Virus record (IMG/VR): IMGVR_UViG_3300027813_000022
Span: 1-47,605 of that record
Source of the DNA: a virus
Lineage: Duplodnaviria > Caudoviricetes
Reading direction: 5' to 3' (one strand)
Length of the DNA: 47,605 nucleotides
The position numbers and the translations under genes were made by a program. The notes under the pieces were generated by a model that ran no database searches, was not told where the DNA came from, and saw only the letters and a program-made list of their open reading frames with translations. The first letter of the stretch is position 1. Each line of letters opens with the position of its first letter. Below are positions 30,301 to 38,091 of the stretch, piece by piece.

Positions 30301-33300
30301 AATATTTGTTGTTTGTCTAGACGGATCAAACATATTAGAAAAGAATCTGCCTGGTTGTGTTAATGCTAATGTTTTTATTACTGTAAACGGATATGCTGGT
30401 GATTTTCTCCAAGCCGTTTCTGCAGGTGATTGATCTCCTACTTTCCACCCAGCTCTTCTTCCTGGAATTGCTAAAACATCTATTAGTCCAGCCGCAATAG
30501 GATCTAATAAATTTCCCGATGCATCAACCGGCAAATAATTTTTTATGTCTGGCTTACCGTATCTGCCTGATTTTGTTGCAATAGCCGTCCATAATACATC
30601 ATTACCAGCTGTGTATGGCGCAGTGCCATATGTTGCGTCCCACGTGCTAGGTTTTTCAGAATGTCCTAACATCTCCCACGGTCTTACATGCGGTGCATCT
30701 GTGTCATAGAAGTAGTTGTATATTCCTCTCCAGTATCCTGGCAATTTTTCTTTTTTAATTCTATCTGTGCTGTTTGCATAGTTGTATGTAAAAGGTGAAC
30801 CTTCGGAGAATGTTGTGTTGTTTATGTACTGTACATTGTTACGACCTGCCCAAATATGAAAATCTGTTGACATTACATCGTTAATTTCATTAAGTGTGTA
30901 ATCTGTTGCAGTAAAGATGCTTGGCATCACATCGTCAAGTTTTATCATTGAAGAATCATATGATGTTTTAATATTATTGTAGATTCTTCTTTCTAACTCT
31001 ATTATTAAATCATCTCTTTCATCACCGTATGCTTTTATGAATGACCCATCGTGTCTTCTAATCATCGACGTTGTTGTTATGTACGTGTCGTCTGAGATTA
31101 TTTCTGGTTTATACGTTGGATACATTCCAAGTTTAGATGGTGATGGTGGCAAGTAACTGCCTTTGGTATCTGAGTAATCTTTTATTACAATTTTATCACC
31201 TTCAGCAAGAGTCCGTGTTACATCAATACTATCATCAACTTTGCTGAATGTATAATCAGCACCTAATATTAAAAGTTCATCGTTTAGGTAAATGTACACT
31301 GCTCTGTTGCTCAATGCTGTTATATCAAATTGTGAATCTATTGCGTATTCGGTTTGTGATGCACCTGCAACTGTGTGTGTTCTAGTTGAAACATTATTTC
31401 CCCAACCCACCATATCCTCATAATAAAATGGGAAAGAACTTGTTCTTCCTTGTGTTATAGAAGCAATTATTTCGTCGACTCTGTCTCTAGCAACACCTTC
31501 GTATGCTGTGCCTATTGAGTGTGTTAAAAATGCACTATACCATTTTTCATATTCTAAAGTTGCGTAGTCAATTGCAGAAATAAGATTTGACTCTTGATCT
31601 ATCAGTCCAAACACTGCTGGCAACAATGATCCTTCGTGTTGAAGTATTGTTCCACCTGTTAATCTTGCATCAGGCTTATCTCGTAAATTAGATGTTCCTG
31701 GTATTTGTCCTGTTATGTCTTGATTTTTATCAAATATATCTTGGACATGATTCATTATTTGTCCATAGGTAAATGTACCCAGCGACTCATTCTCACAGTT
31801 TGTAGACAAACTATCTGGCACTTCGTATATGCCTTTGTCTATAATTTTATTAGCAGAACTATACCCTGCTATTCTTATCTGATCATCTACTTTTAATTTT
31901 TTATTAAATTTAACGTATCTGTTGGTTGTTCCGTTAGCTAGTGTGTAGTCTGTTGTAATTGTTTTTCTTACACCGTTAACTGCTACTGATATTTCTAAAT
32001 CTGTAAGCGAAGAAGAATTTTTATAAAAATCAATCGGAAATAGTTGTGTTTCTGTTGAGTCTACTGTAAATGTTCTAATTACTCTCTGTTTGCTTTGGCT
32101 TGTTCTTTTAACATATGGTCCTAAATAATTTTGTTTGCTTGTTAAATTAGTATAGTGTAAGTGTCCTGACGCTAATCTTTTAGAAATCGAATCATTATCT
32201 ATTTTGTATGTAAAAGAGTCCGATGTATAATCTGAATCAAATACTATATTACCTACATTATTAATGGTGCTGTATTTGACTTTCATTCCAAGCACTGTGT
32301 CTGTAACAGCAGAGTCGCTTGTTGCAAAACTAAAAACTTTTGCTCCTGCGAATGTTGAACTTGGATATTTTACAGTATCATCTAATGATGTCAATGTTTC
32401 ATCAAATAAATTAAACAACGGTGGTTGGTTTAATGTTGTTTTTTGTTGTGCTTCTGCCCAACGTTTTGTAGTAGTGTTGTAATATAAAGTTTTTCCTTGG
32501 TGTGCTGTTCCGTACTCTACAAAAATCGAATCATCAGCTGTGGGTGTTCCATCAGTTGCTTTTGTTAGTGCTATAACCTGTGTTGAGTCTCCTGCTGTAA
32601 CAAATGCAACATCATAAATTACTCCGTTTACTAAAGGATCTGTGTCGTTAGCAAAAACGATTCTCATGCCGTCTACTACTGCCAACCCGTCAATGATGTA
32701 ACCTGATTGTTTAACCACTGTTGAAAATGCATCTGTTGTTACTGTGTCATACAGTGTTATAGATTTTTTAGCAACTTTTCCGTGATTGTAAAGTTCTAGT
32801 CCAGAATCAAATTCTATAATTGGTCTTTTTGCCCTATCGTCTTCATTTAATACTGGTGTATACCCACTCACTCTCGATGTCTCTTCAATTACAGATTTGT
32901 GAAACCATCTGTTATACCTTGACCAAGCATTTTGATCACGTGAATCTCTCTTTATTATAATATAATCTTTGTCTTTTGGTGTGTAAGATGATTTAGCGTA
33001 CGGTCTTGTATCGTAACCGACCGAATCATAAAGTATTGTTGACTCCTCAGCATATGGTCCAGGAGTAATTAAATCATCTATGTTAGTAAGTGTTATTGAC
33101 TCTCCAACACCTTCTACATAGTACTGTTTGCCTTTATATTCTGCGTCAACTATACCGTCATCAAATTTTATTTTCATTCCATTTGATAGATCTAATGTTC
33201 TTAAACTGTAATTTTTTACACCCACAATATCATCTTGAGGTTTTATTTTTGCTGTTGATGTAACATTTTTAATCTGTAATATACCATACATAGCATCATG

Positions 33301-34128
33301 ATTTCCACATTGATAGTACAACGTCGAAGGCCCAGTTGCTGGTACTGTAAATGTTACTGTTCCATAATCTGTTCCGTTATTTGTTACGCCTGTGGAATAA
33401 ATTGTGGATGTCGATCCGTCTGCACCAACTTTGTTTTTGTATGGTTCTGTCATAATCCATAACGGGTGTCCTTTTGCATCCACATTAAATTTGTAAGTGT
33501 TGCCCCTATATAAAGATAGTATAGGATTATTTTCATTTTCTCTGTGTGTAAAATTATAGGCACCTGTTGCTAAATTTTTTACGGAGTATTCTGCAACTGT
33601 GTTAGGCCCCACAGAATCTAATGATATCGCACTAGGTCCATTTGGCATCCAATAGTATTCTCTGTAATTAATTAATTTGTCGTAGTCAATTGCTGGATTC
33701 CAGGAGTATACAGTTTCTTTGGACAGTCTATCATGATTGTCCACATTACCGCCTAAAAATTTAATTTGGTTTATATAGTCATCATATGTTCCTGTAAATT
33801 TGACTTGATCTTCTGGGTTCAATGATGTTGTGTCTCTGTCTGTGTAAGTTACAGCAGGCTCTAACTGATAGGCCATTCTATCTCTAGAAGTCGCTGACAC
33901 ATATCTGTCTATGTTTTTTCTTGTTTTGGCGTCTTGTCTACCCACAAAGCCATCTAATCTTTCTAACGATCCTTTTTGTACTAGTGGATCTAGTGTACTT
34001 GATAAAAATCTTTGATTGGCATCTGTTCTATAAAATGCTGGCAAGTGTTGTACGGTTCTTCTGTATTCATTCTTACCTTGCTTAACAACTTCGCTGTTAG
34101 TTAGTGCGTTGATTTCTCTGTCTGCCAT
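21313..34128 (-). CDS. Giant 4271-aa multidomain baseplate/structural protein
   Basis: Coupled to the gp6-like gene; contains a cupredoxin-like motif, two CBM5/12-like modules, FG-GAP-like repeats and repeated GDGSTTxF beta modules. Confidence 0.75.
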   Translation of the reverse strand: MADREINALTNSEVVKQGKNEYRRTVQHLPAFYRTDANQRFLSSTLDPLVQKGSLERLDGFVGRQDAKTRKNIDRYVSATSRDRMAYQLEPAVTYTDRDTTSLNPEDQVKFTGTYDDYINQIKFLGGNVDNHDRLSKETVYSWNPAIDYDKLINYREYYWMPNGPSAISLDSVGPNTVAEYSVKNLATGAYNFTHRENENNPILSLYRGNTYKFNVDAKGHPLWIMTEPYKNKVGADGSTSTIYSTGVTNNGTDYGTVTFTVPATGPSTLYYQCGNHDAMYGILQIKNVTSTAKIKPQDDIVGVKNYSLRTLDLSNGMKIKFDDGIVDAEYKGKQYYVEGVGESITLTNIDDLITPGPYAEESTILYDSVGYDTRPYAKSSYTPKDKDYIIIKRDSRDQNAWSRYNRWFHKSVIEETSRVSGYTPVLNEDDRAKRPIIEFDSGLELYNHGKVAKKSITLYDTVTTDAFSTVVKQSGYIIDGLAVVDGMRIVFANDTDPLVNGVIYDVAFVTAGDSTQVIALTKATDGTPTADDSIFVEYGTAHQGKTLYYNTTTKRWAEAQQKTTLNQPPLFNLFDETLTSLDDTVKYPSSTFAGAKVFSFATSDSAVTDTVLGMKVKYSTINNVGNIVFDSDYTSDSFTYKIDNDSISKRLASGHLHYTNLTSKQNYLGPYVKRTSQSKQRVIRTFTVDSTETQLFPIDFYKNSSSLTDLEISVAVNGVRKTITTDYTLANGTTNRYVKFNKKLKVDDQIRIAGYSSANKIIDKGIYEVPDSLSTNCENESLGTFTYGQIMNHVQDIFDKNQDITGQIPGTSNLRDKPDARLTGGTILQHEGSLLPAVFGLIDQESNLISAIDYATLEYEKWYSAFLTHSIGTAYEGVARDRVDEIIASITQGRTSSFPFYYEDMVGWGNNVSTRTHTVAGASQTEYAIDSQFDITALSNRAVYIYLNDELLILGADYTFSKVDDSIDVTRTLAEGDKIVIKDYSDTKGSYLPPSPSKLGMYPTYKPEIISDDTYITTTSMIRRHDGSFIKAYGDERDDLIIELERRIYNNIKTSYDSSMIKLDDVMPSIFTATDYTLNEINDVMSTDFHIWAGRNNVQYINNTTFSEGSPFTYNYANSTDRIKKEKLPGYWRGIYNYFYDTDAPHVRPWEMLGHSEKPSTWDATYGTAPYTAGNDVLWTAIATKSGRYGKPDIKNYLPVDASGNLLDPIAAGLIDVLAIPGRRAGWKVGDQSPAETAWRKSPAYPFTVIKTLALTQPGRFFSNMFDPSRQTTNIGGNQIDKETKVRRIFKTAKYHLQTSTNNASGVTTTYLTAGYQPLVVNYLISKNINTDTFYYKKMTNLKTQLAYKLGGFTDKDNLKILTDSVSPGSASGSKFIPDENYKILFRTSNPVHSFNYSGVLIEKNTEVSRDGSTILGGFRVLGYSTSKPYFKFNYPVKTSIGNKLSVEGSQEVVSYNDYKETVQTIPYGYVFDTVQEIADFLLGYGTYLEQQGFKFNKYSNEIKETLNWQNAVREFLFWTTQEWAPGSAITVSPAAQGFEIDTENSIVGKLQNLAGDYSLLDAGGRKIPIRQVSTKRIGKTFDLEIKDENTGLYNIVLSTVQKEHVLLFDNKTVFADIIHEPTTGFRQARLKVVGWKTAGWNGDYYAPGFMFDSAQVTYWTANTDYKIGDSIEYQGKFYVAKVNHGSGSLFDTANWVLKSQKPAPQLIPNFDYKISQFNDFYDLESNNFDESQQKLAQKLIGYQSRDYLDNLFVNDISQYKFYQGYIREKGTQNAIDRLLKAKYEGQDISLDLYPEWMLKTGNFGNVDSIENIQIRLLDDVVTANPNSFELFDTSNETVEYARSDAVAKDNMYYKPVDYTASTTFSRLDYSKEGTSRDHAQVYKTAGYPQLSQVHHTAFDVIDLLKLDMEAVEPGQLIWVANKLNNDWDVFRLTNQPYKISQLKRINEATQLEITFSEPHGLSAGTTTSRADYFGITNAKTENLNGVYEVFSVLDHKTIVIDFALNTPFSESVSDNSTADSYGNVYKFISVRLPSIDNVNDILKYSDYQDRNSAVGYTGDRVFTDADSSGLWRVYEKQDPYTTSIQLSPDTLTADQHFGQQIVARNDGRTVVVSSPGKAQGTVNFLFRREATAGSTFETQSTLTTTAGSDVTTKLGESLSMSTDENFVVAGGPYANSLGSDGSTVFADAGLIKIFLWNPSTFKYGTLTTLLPPTDAASQNFGWAHKITESGVDSVRSTTQKYLFVSAPGHSTNKGRVYVYTWGVGADGSTYDRWTKDYTLEAPAGGSGQRFGHRLQANDNGDVLAVSSLAPGNAGKVEIFVRSGSDGSSANTFTLAQTLTGVTADGSTANTAFGDALAMSKDGNTLIISAPGVDKSDQADAGAIYYYKWNADGSTNTYTLQQTINAPDLQVNMKFGTTLAINPAGTRVVIGAESFASPRQMNFDIGGTTFDLQDTSFIDSNIQSGGAYTATMYNTKFIVDDRLMTDNVTAMDDFGRGVCAIDNAVFVGAPQDDGNVTSDGSTRITNDGTVTVFDLTENNKYAWKDIVTEEALIDISKVGQVFEFDNRSKEIRDHYDLYDPIKGRILGIADREINIKTTWDPAIYNTGDNANTKTPWGEEHIGEVWWDLSKVKWIWYEQGSQEYKVNNWGKTFPGSSIDIYEWTESILTPTEYNIQSNTLSGGTVLDESKYTVQQRYNSTLDTFVNYYYYWVKDVTTIPANSVVKRNNSISFTANLIRDPKNFGLKYYSITDTNKFVLNNVSNLTNGDIILSVDIRSNTFEGDSHSVWKLAREGDPDYRPSTQIEGHWWDSLIGQNTAGDKVPDLDLPLNQRYGNNIRPRQGWYVNRFEALKEIIDYANTVLKKYQLVGQINLINLDSKEPEPTAQSLEWDATVDTYAELTYVNTADLSGTVRYLVHADETSNNFWAIYTWDGTVWSRTKLQTYNTSNYWSYTDWYGTDPAIHEMVHSENTPIDNQVTYEYELDGLDIVPGKHVKVTNADTGGWKLFMKTITGWINVGTENGTVRLSTKLYDYTQDATGFAGEDTFDENFFDQEPANETRMILTALRDDLFIGDLAKEYNTLFFTGLRKVLAEQTYVDWVFKTSFINVKNSVRELDQRKSYETGTDGWIESYINEVKPFNTKLREYKLGYTGNDIQDGIFTDFDNPPLYDTTTKKIRPLDVNIDTAKLNEYPYQMWNDYHKKYVASIIVTKAGSGYEVAPEVTVLGGTVGSTGPFQLQGTSNSGATSGSYGYYYPMFTSEAQAKIYDSQNSGSGAVHSHTFDDFTGTFYMPTGSTNHAQTTKSNTFKMYVAPNTTPAKATAIIQGGKVTKIILSDTGANYTTTPTVALTGGLKAGGTPTDTAKAYANLNNDLVRDFDTTIKFDRVSSTSRVKDWKASTYFAYGDLIRYNNQLYKATSAFTATTKFDDNIGNVYKVYGNETGLTAADRTKGFYTPGAGMPGNELSQVMTGVDYGGTMVTGLLFSQEAGWDKAGWYDFPFDNYGVSRVKAFTADGSTTAYTFATAPATTEVYQVYITHGDSTRRKLSDVIRGDGNTVTFNISETAGSNALVEFIPFDDDQVLTPTDDRTLDSIVKGGLFTSALGHAPSDILLEGDDFISPDTSYAPEETVPGQMFDTVDIKVYTSPESGVPFISENNYIGDGTTTTFAIGDYPGTLGSVTVSVDGVVKKLTTDYTVNITNKTITFGSAPADLSKVSTKMFAISGENYRVLDQYTGDGSTVTYTTSTSDDFSFDSTASEIYITIDGVPTTAFTTSSVRKRLEVTFSSAPAADAFIQVAGFAKTATSTRSYASVRNQEVTYASGTNRYTLTYPSGSIGPFSGLTTIEVNGRVLRGPDNTYYVGDGSTYTYGVVSGLGDDSTVDPAKNITNANQVQVFVNGVQKLLNTDYTVDIGNQNVDFVTSPTSTDVICISTLVDNHYYNEGTDIILIPSAITSPYSISNGDKLSVTTFNNALGMKHRREVLEGRTNGIFKLRFDPLNSTYTYVWLNGEQLIQNSDYTLSGNTVTVFGKTITSSDRLDIMYFALESATGATGFRIFKDMLNRTFYKRINKNATTELTQDLIDGSRTITVKDGSIMPTPDISTNQPGVIFIDKERIEYFTKTTNVLGQIKRGTLGTGIKVHGSGAEVVDASGTQTIPYADTVHTNTFTGDGSTTVFALSQTPASASELDIFIGGQRLLLTSEDGSTINYSVDGSSTTVTLSTVPADGTQVKILHKKGQVWYNGKDGNPADGKGLQASTTQQARFIADEPTNAPE

Positions 34129-37100
34129 TAGTATCCAGCCCCACTACTGCCAGTTGATGAACTGGAACCTGTTGTAGTAGAGCCTGACACTGCTGATCCT
34201 GTTGTGGTACTTGCTGTGGATGTTGATGTGTTTGTTACAACAGTACCTGAAGCTGACAATTGGTTGGCTCCTAGTGCTGTAATAATTGAAACATCATTAA
34301 CGGTGGCCCCACTGATGAAAATTTCGTCTGATGCTGAATCGATTTGGAACAGAGACCCAAACCCCTGTCCTGACTGGTTGGGTACAATTACTGCTGTAAG
34401 CACGTCTGGTGCTAGTGCATTGTGTATGAAAGCGGCTAATTCTGTAAAGTAAAAAGTATCACCAAAATCCCAGTTATCTAGTGCAAAGAATTGATTGATT
34501 GCGGCAATAACTCTTGTTTTAACAACTGCATCTGTTACATTTGTTTTTGAATTTTTTACAACTTTGAAAGTGGCTTGTAAATTTTCGTCTGCGTTTGTGC
34601 CGAATAATATTTTGTATTTTACTGGATGATATATTATTTGATCTGCTAATGATTTTAATGGGTTTAGCGTACCTGAATAGTTTATTCTCAATTGATTTGA
34701 TGTCGATGGCGTTGGCAATACTCCGCCGTCTTGTAACCATATCCTGTAAAGATTATCATAAGTTCTTTCTAGCATGTAGATGTCAACAATGTTAGACACA
34801 CTTGGATCAATTCTAGTACTTTGTCCTGCATTGTGTTTGTATTGGAAGTTTATACTGCTTCTTCCTCTTCTTGCTAGGTAATCTGTTGACGTTGATAATG
34901 TGTTTGTTGTTGTACTGTATTTTTTAATAACATCTTCTGCCGAGTCATAAAAATAAAATAACTGTCCATCTGTGTATGTTGATGAATTTAAAGTAATGTC
35001 TGTTTCATTTTTTGATACTATGAATTTTGATGATGAACAAGGTTTAAATCTTTCTATGTTATTGTATGATATGTACTTCTCTTGGAATACAAATTTTGTA
35101 GTAACACTTAAATCTGGTTCAACAATGATATCAAATATTTCTGGATTGTCTACAACGCCGTCATCGTCATTATCGTAAAATCCTACTTTTACTTTTCTGT
35201 TATCTTGAAAACCGTCTGTTTCAGTCACTGTGTCCACAACCTGCCATACTATTGGATAACCAATTGAATTACTTGTAGAAACAAGAGAGTTTGTTTTTAA
35301 TACTTTTATCGTATCCTTAACACTTGTCCCTAATTTATAATCGTAAATTTTTTCTTGTGCATCAAAATGAAATTTATTCTGTGATTCAGATTCAAATAGG
35401 TAATCTAATTTTCTGTATGTTACTGTGTAAGTGTTTCCGTCGTTTGTAAACTTAAACCACCAACTAGCATCTGCATTTGTGCCTGTTGTAGATCCTTGAT
35501 CTGTTAGACCGAATATGCTACTTGCACTTAGGTTTGTTGATGTAATAACTTTCCAAGTTTCTGAATCCCAATCATATCTCAATCCAAACTCTTCGAATGC
35601 TTCAATTCTGTCAATAATGTCTGTTTCTAATTCTATTGAAAATGCTGTTGTAAAGTTTGGTATTACGGAGTCAATAACTGCTCCGTTTGGTAACACATCG
35701 TTTAATGTTACTGGACCTAACCCTGACTCTAAATTTCCTATTCCGCCATTAGCACCGTCGCCAACAACAGCACCAATTTTTGCCCAAGATCTATCTTGGC
35801 TGTTTTCGGTAGTGGATGTAACTAGCACACCATTTAAAAATTTTCTTGTGTCCGGTGATGTGAATTTAACCAATGCTCCTGGTTTAGCATATTTTAAGTT
35901 TGATGTGGCAAAGTCACCTAGCACCAAAGGACCTCCGGCTTCAATATATCCAGTGTTGGTGTTTGTTGACGTTGTTGTTGAATTCCATGAAGCTGATAGT
36001 GTGCTTACATCTTTTGTTCCATATTTCAAATAGTAAAACTGTCTTGCATATGCTGTTTTTAATTTTGCTTCTACTTTTGCATCTAGTGTAGATTGTATAT
36101 TACTTCTGTTATTGAATGTAAATGTAAATTTTTGTGTCGATTCTTCTCTGTATAATATTCCGTCTTCAGCAAACACACTTACATTCGAATAAGCGCCTGT
36201 TGGATCTAGTATCTCTTTTGCTCTCGAAATGCCTGATGCAGATCTGTTTGTGGATTTAACTTTAACTATTTCTTGTGATGCAGATAAAGGCACAACTTGA
36301 TAGTCTTCAGCAGTAATCATTCTGTTCTGTGAATAATAAACCTGTCCGGCTTTTTCTTTAATCGAAGCGTTTGATTCTGTTGCGGCACTGTTGTAAACTG
36401 ATGCTTGTAAACTTAATGTTATGCTTAATGTTTGTTGTCCACCGTTAGCATCCACATAAGGTACTGCAAGTATTACATTTTGCATATCTGCTGGTTGAAT
36501 AGCATACTTGGCATTATCACTAGTTCTATAATATATTTTGAACGACCCTAATGGTAGATTAGAAAAGTTTCCATCGCCAAACACTAAATCAACTGTGTCA
36601 TTAGCTTTTGTAACAACATTATAAGTGTTTCTTTCTGATTTAGCTAAAGAATTATAAATTGCATTATTTCCTGATAATGATGGCACCTTTGTCCATTCTC
36701 TTGTTATCTGTCCAAATTGATCTAGTTGATACAACCAAACATCATTATTATTAATATTTGGAGTAGTCAACGATTGAATATAATTTGTGATTGCTGAGTC
36801 AATTATGAAAGTCTCTTGTTGCATTTTTCCTTGTTTAAACAAAAAGAAAAATCCTGTGTTGTTGGAACTGTCTCCGGAACCGTCTGATCTATATGTATAG
36901 GTAAGTCCTGTGCCTTCTATTGGTCTCGATTCGTATATAGATTCTGAGTCTTCTAGTGTTGACGGCACTATTTCAAAATCTCTGTTTACTCCGCCTACAC
37001 TTGAGGTGAAGTTAAACATTGGCAAGTCTGATTGATTCGAACTTAATGTATAGACATCTGTGTCAATGCCTCCAATCTTGTTTGACTCTCTTGGATTTCC

Positions 37101-37610
37101 GAATAGCTGTCCTGTTTGATTGGCCGCATTCAGTATTGCTGTAAATTGTTCTCTATAATTTGAATTTGCAGAATCATTCCAAATAACTGTTTGATTGGAA
37201 ACATTTGCTCCAGATGAATCTCTTACATCTTGTGTTGTGGATATTGCATTTACTTTCAATAGCCCAGTTGCTGGTTGATTTCTTTTTGCATTGTAGTTGA
37301 TCAGTCTTGCTAATCTTAAAATTGAATTTCTTCTTTCTGCTGTTTCTAAAAAGTTTTCTCTAGCATTTAGATCAACTCTGAATGATAGTGCCTGTGCTAT
37401 GTAGGCAATTAAATCTAAAAGTGCCACATACTCAGAGCTTTCAACAAAGTCATTGAAATCGTCCGGATAATTTTCCTTTAGGTAATTGACCATTGTTCTA
37501 CGAAGTGTTTCAAAATCGTAGGATTTAAAGTCTGCTTGTTGGAAAGATTGGTAAATTTTTCTCCAATCCTCTGCAACTAATAATCTATTTTGTCTGTCTG
37601 TAGTGGCCAT
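34128..37610 (-). CDS. Baseplate wedge subunit, T4 gp6-like
   Basis: SYDFETLR..FNDFVESSE..LLDLIAY..ENFLETAERRNSI; LVFGDG; ESNASIK..QNRMITAEDY. Confidence 0.85.
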   Translation of the reverse strand: MATTDRQNRLLVAEDWRKIYQSFQQADFKSYDFETLRRTMVNYLKENYPDDFNDFVESSEYVALLDLIAYIAQALSFRVDLNARENFLETAERRNSILRLARLINYNAKRNQPATGLLKVNAISTTQDVRDSSGANVSNQTVIWNDSANSNYREQFTAILNAANQTGQLFGNPRESNKIGGIDTDVYTLSSNQSDLPMFNFTSSVGGVNRDFEIVPSTLEDSESIYESRPIEGTGLTYTYRSDGSGDSSNNTGFFFLFKQGKMQQETFIIDSAITNYIQSLTTPNINNNDVWLYQLDQFGQITREWTKVPSLSGNNAIYNSLAKSERNTYNVVTKANDTVDLVFGDGNFSNLPLGSFKIYYRTSDNAKYAIQPADMQNVILAVPYVDANGGQQTLSITLSLQASVYNSAATESNASIKEKAGQVYYSQNRMITAEDYQVVPLSASQEIVKVKSTNRSASGISRAKEILDPTGAYSNVSVFAEDGILYREESTQKFTFTFNNRSNIQSTLDAKVEAKLKTAYARQFYYLKYGTKDVSTLSASWNSTTTSTNTNTGYIEAGGPLVLGDFATSNLKYAKPGALVKFTSPDTRKFLNGVLVTSTTENSQDRSWAKIGAVVGDGANGGIGNLESGLGPVTLNDVLPNGAVIDSVIPNFTTAFSIELETDIIDRIEAFEEFGLRYDWDSETWKVITSTNLSASSIFGLTDQGSTTGTNADASWWFKFTNDGNTYTVTYRKLDYLFESESQNKFHFDAQEKIYDYKLGTSVKDTIKVLKTNSLVSTSNSIGYPIVWQVVDTVTETDGFQDNRKVKVGFYDNDDDGVVDNPEIFDIIVEPDLSVTTKFVFQEKYISYNNIERFKPCSSSKFIVSKNETDITLNSSTYTDGQLFYFYDSAEDVIKKYSTTTNTLSTSTDYLARRGRSSINFQYKHNAGQSTRIDPSVSNIVDIYMLERTYDNLYRIWLQDGGVLPTPSTSNQLRINYSGTLNPLKSLADQIIYHPVKYKILFGTNADENLQATFKVVKNSKTNVTDAVVKTRVIAAINQFFALDNWDFGDTFYFTELAAFIHNALAPDVLTAVIVPNQSGQGFGSLFQIDSASDEIFISGATVNDVSIITALGANQLSASGTVVTNTSTSTASTTTGSAVSGSTTTGSSSSTGSSGAGY

Positions 37611-37635
37611 TGTTTTTTATTAATATTAACAATGG

Positions 37636-37643
37636 TATTTATA
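37636..37643 (-). promoter_or_regulatory. T4-type late promoter TATAAATA
   Basis: Exact consensus, intergenic, 25 nt upstream of the gp6-like start. Confidence 0.75.
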
Positions 37644-37663
37644 GGATATATTAAGTGCGTACT

Positions 37664-38077
37664 TTAAGATAGGCGCAACAGGGAGTTTTCATCAAAGTTA
37701 AATGACATTTTTTCAGTGATGTTTAGCGGAACATATGTTATTGAAGCCTCTATTGCTATGCCTTTATCTGCTTCTCTAACTGTTATTTCATTGGTTGATA
37801 TACGCGGATCACCATTTAAGTTTGCAGTTACATCTTCAAGTATTGCTTGTTTAAGTGCTTCTGTGAACGGTTCAAATATAGCATCGTAAATTATTGTTCC
37901 AAACTCCGGATTTTCAACACGTTCTCCCTTACGCACTGACAATCTATTAATTAGATCCTGTTTGGCTACTTCAAAATCGTACAGTTTAAAATTTTTCTGC
38001 TCTGCTCGAGATGAAAAACCTTTGAACGTGACTGACCCGCCGCCTGTACTATTTGATGAATTTGAATTGTATGCCAT
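37664..38077 (-). CDS. Baseplate wedge subunit, T4 gp25-like
   Basis: KQDLIN..RKGERVENPEFGT..IFEP..DPRI signature. Confidence 0.9.
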   Translation of the reverse strand: MAYNSNSSNSTGGGSVTFKGFSSRAEQKNFKLYDFEVAKQDLINRLSVRKGERVENPEFGTIIYDAIFEPFTEALKQAILEDVTANLNGDPRISTNEITVREADKGIAIEASITYVPLNITEKMSFNFDENSLLRLS

Positions 38078-38083
38078 TTGTAA

Positions 38084-38091
38084 TATTTATT
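38084..38091 (-). promoter_or_regulatory. Late-promoter-like box AATAAATA, 6 nt before the ATG at 38077
   Basis: tagAATAAATAttacaaATG. Confidence 0.55.
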
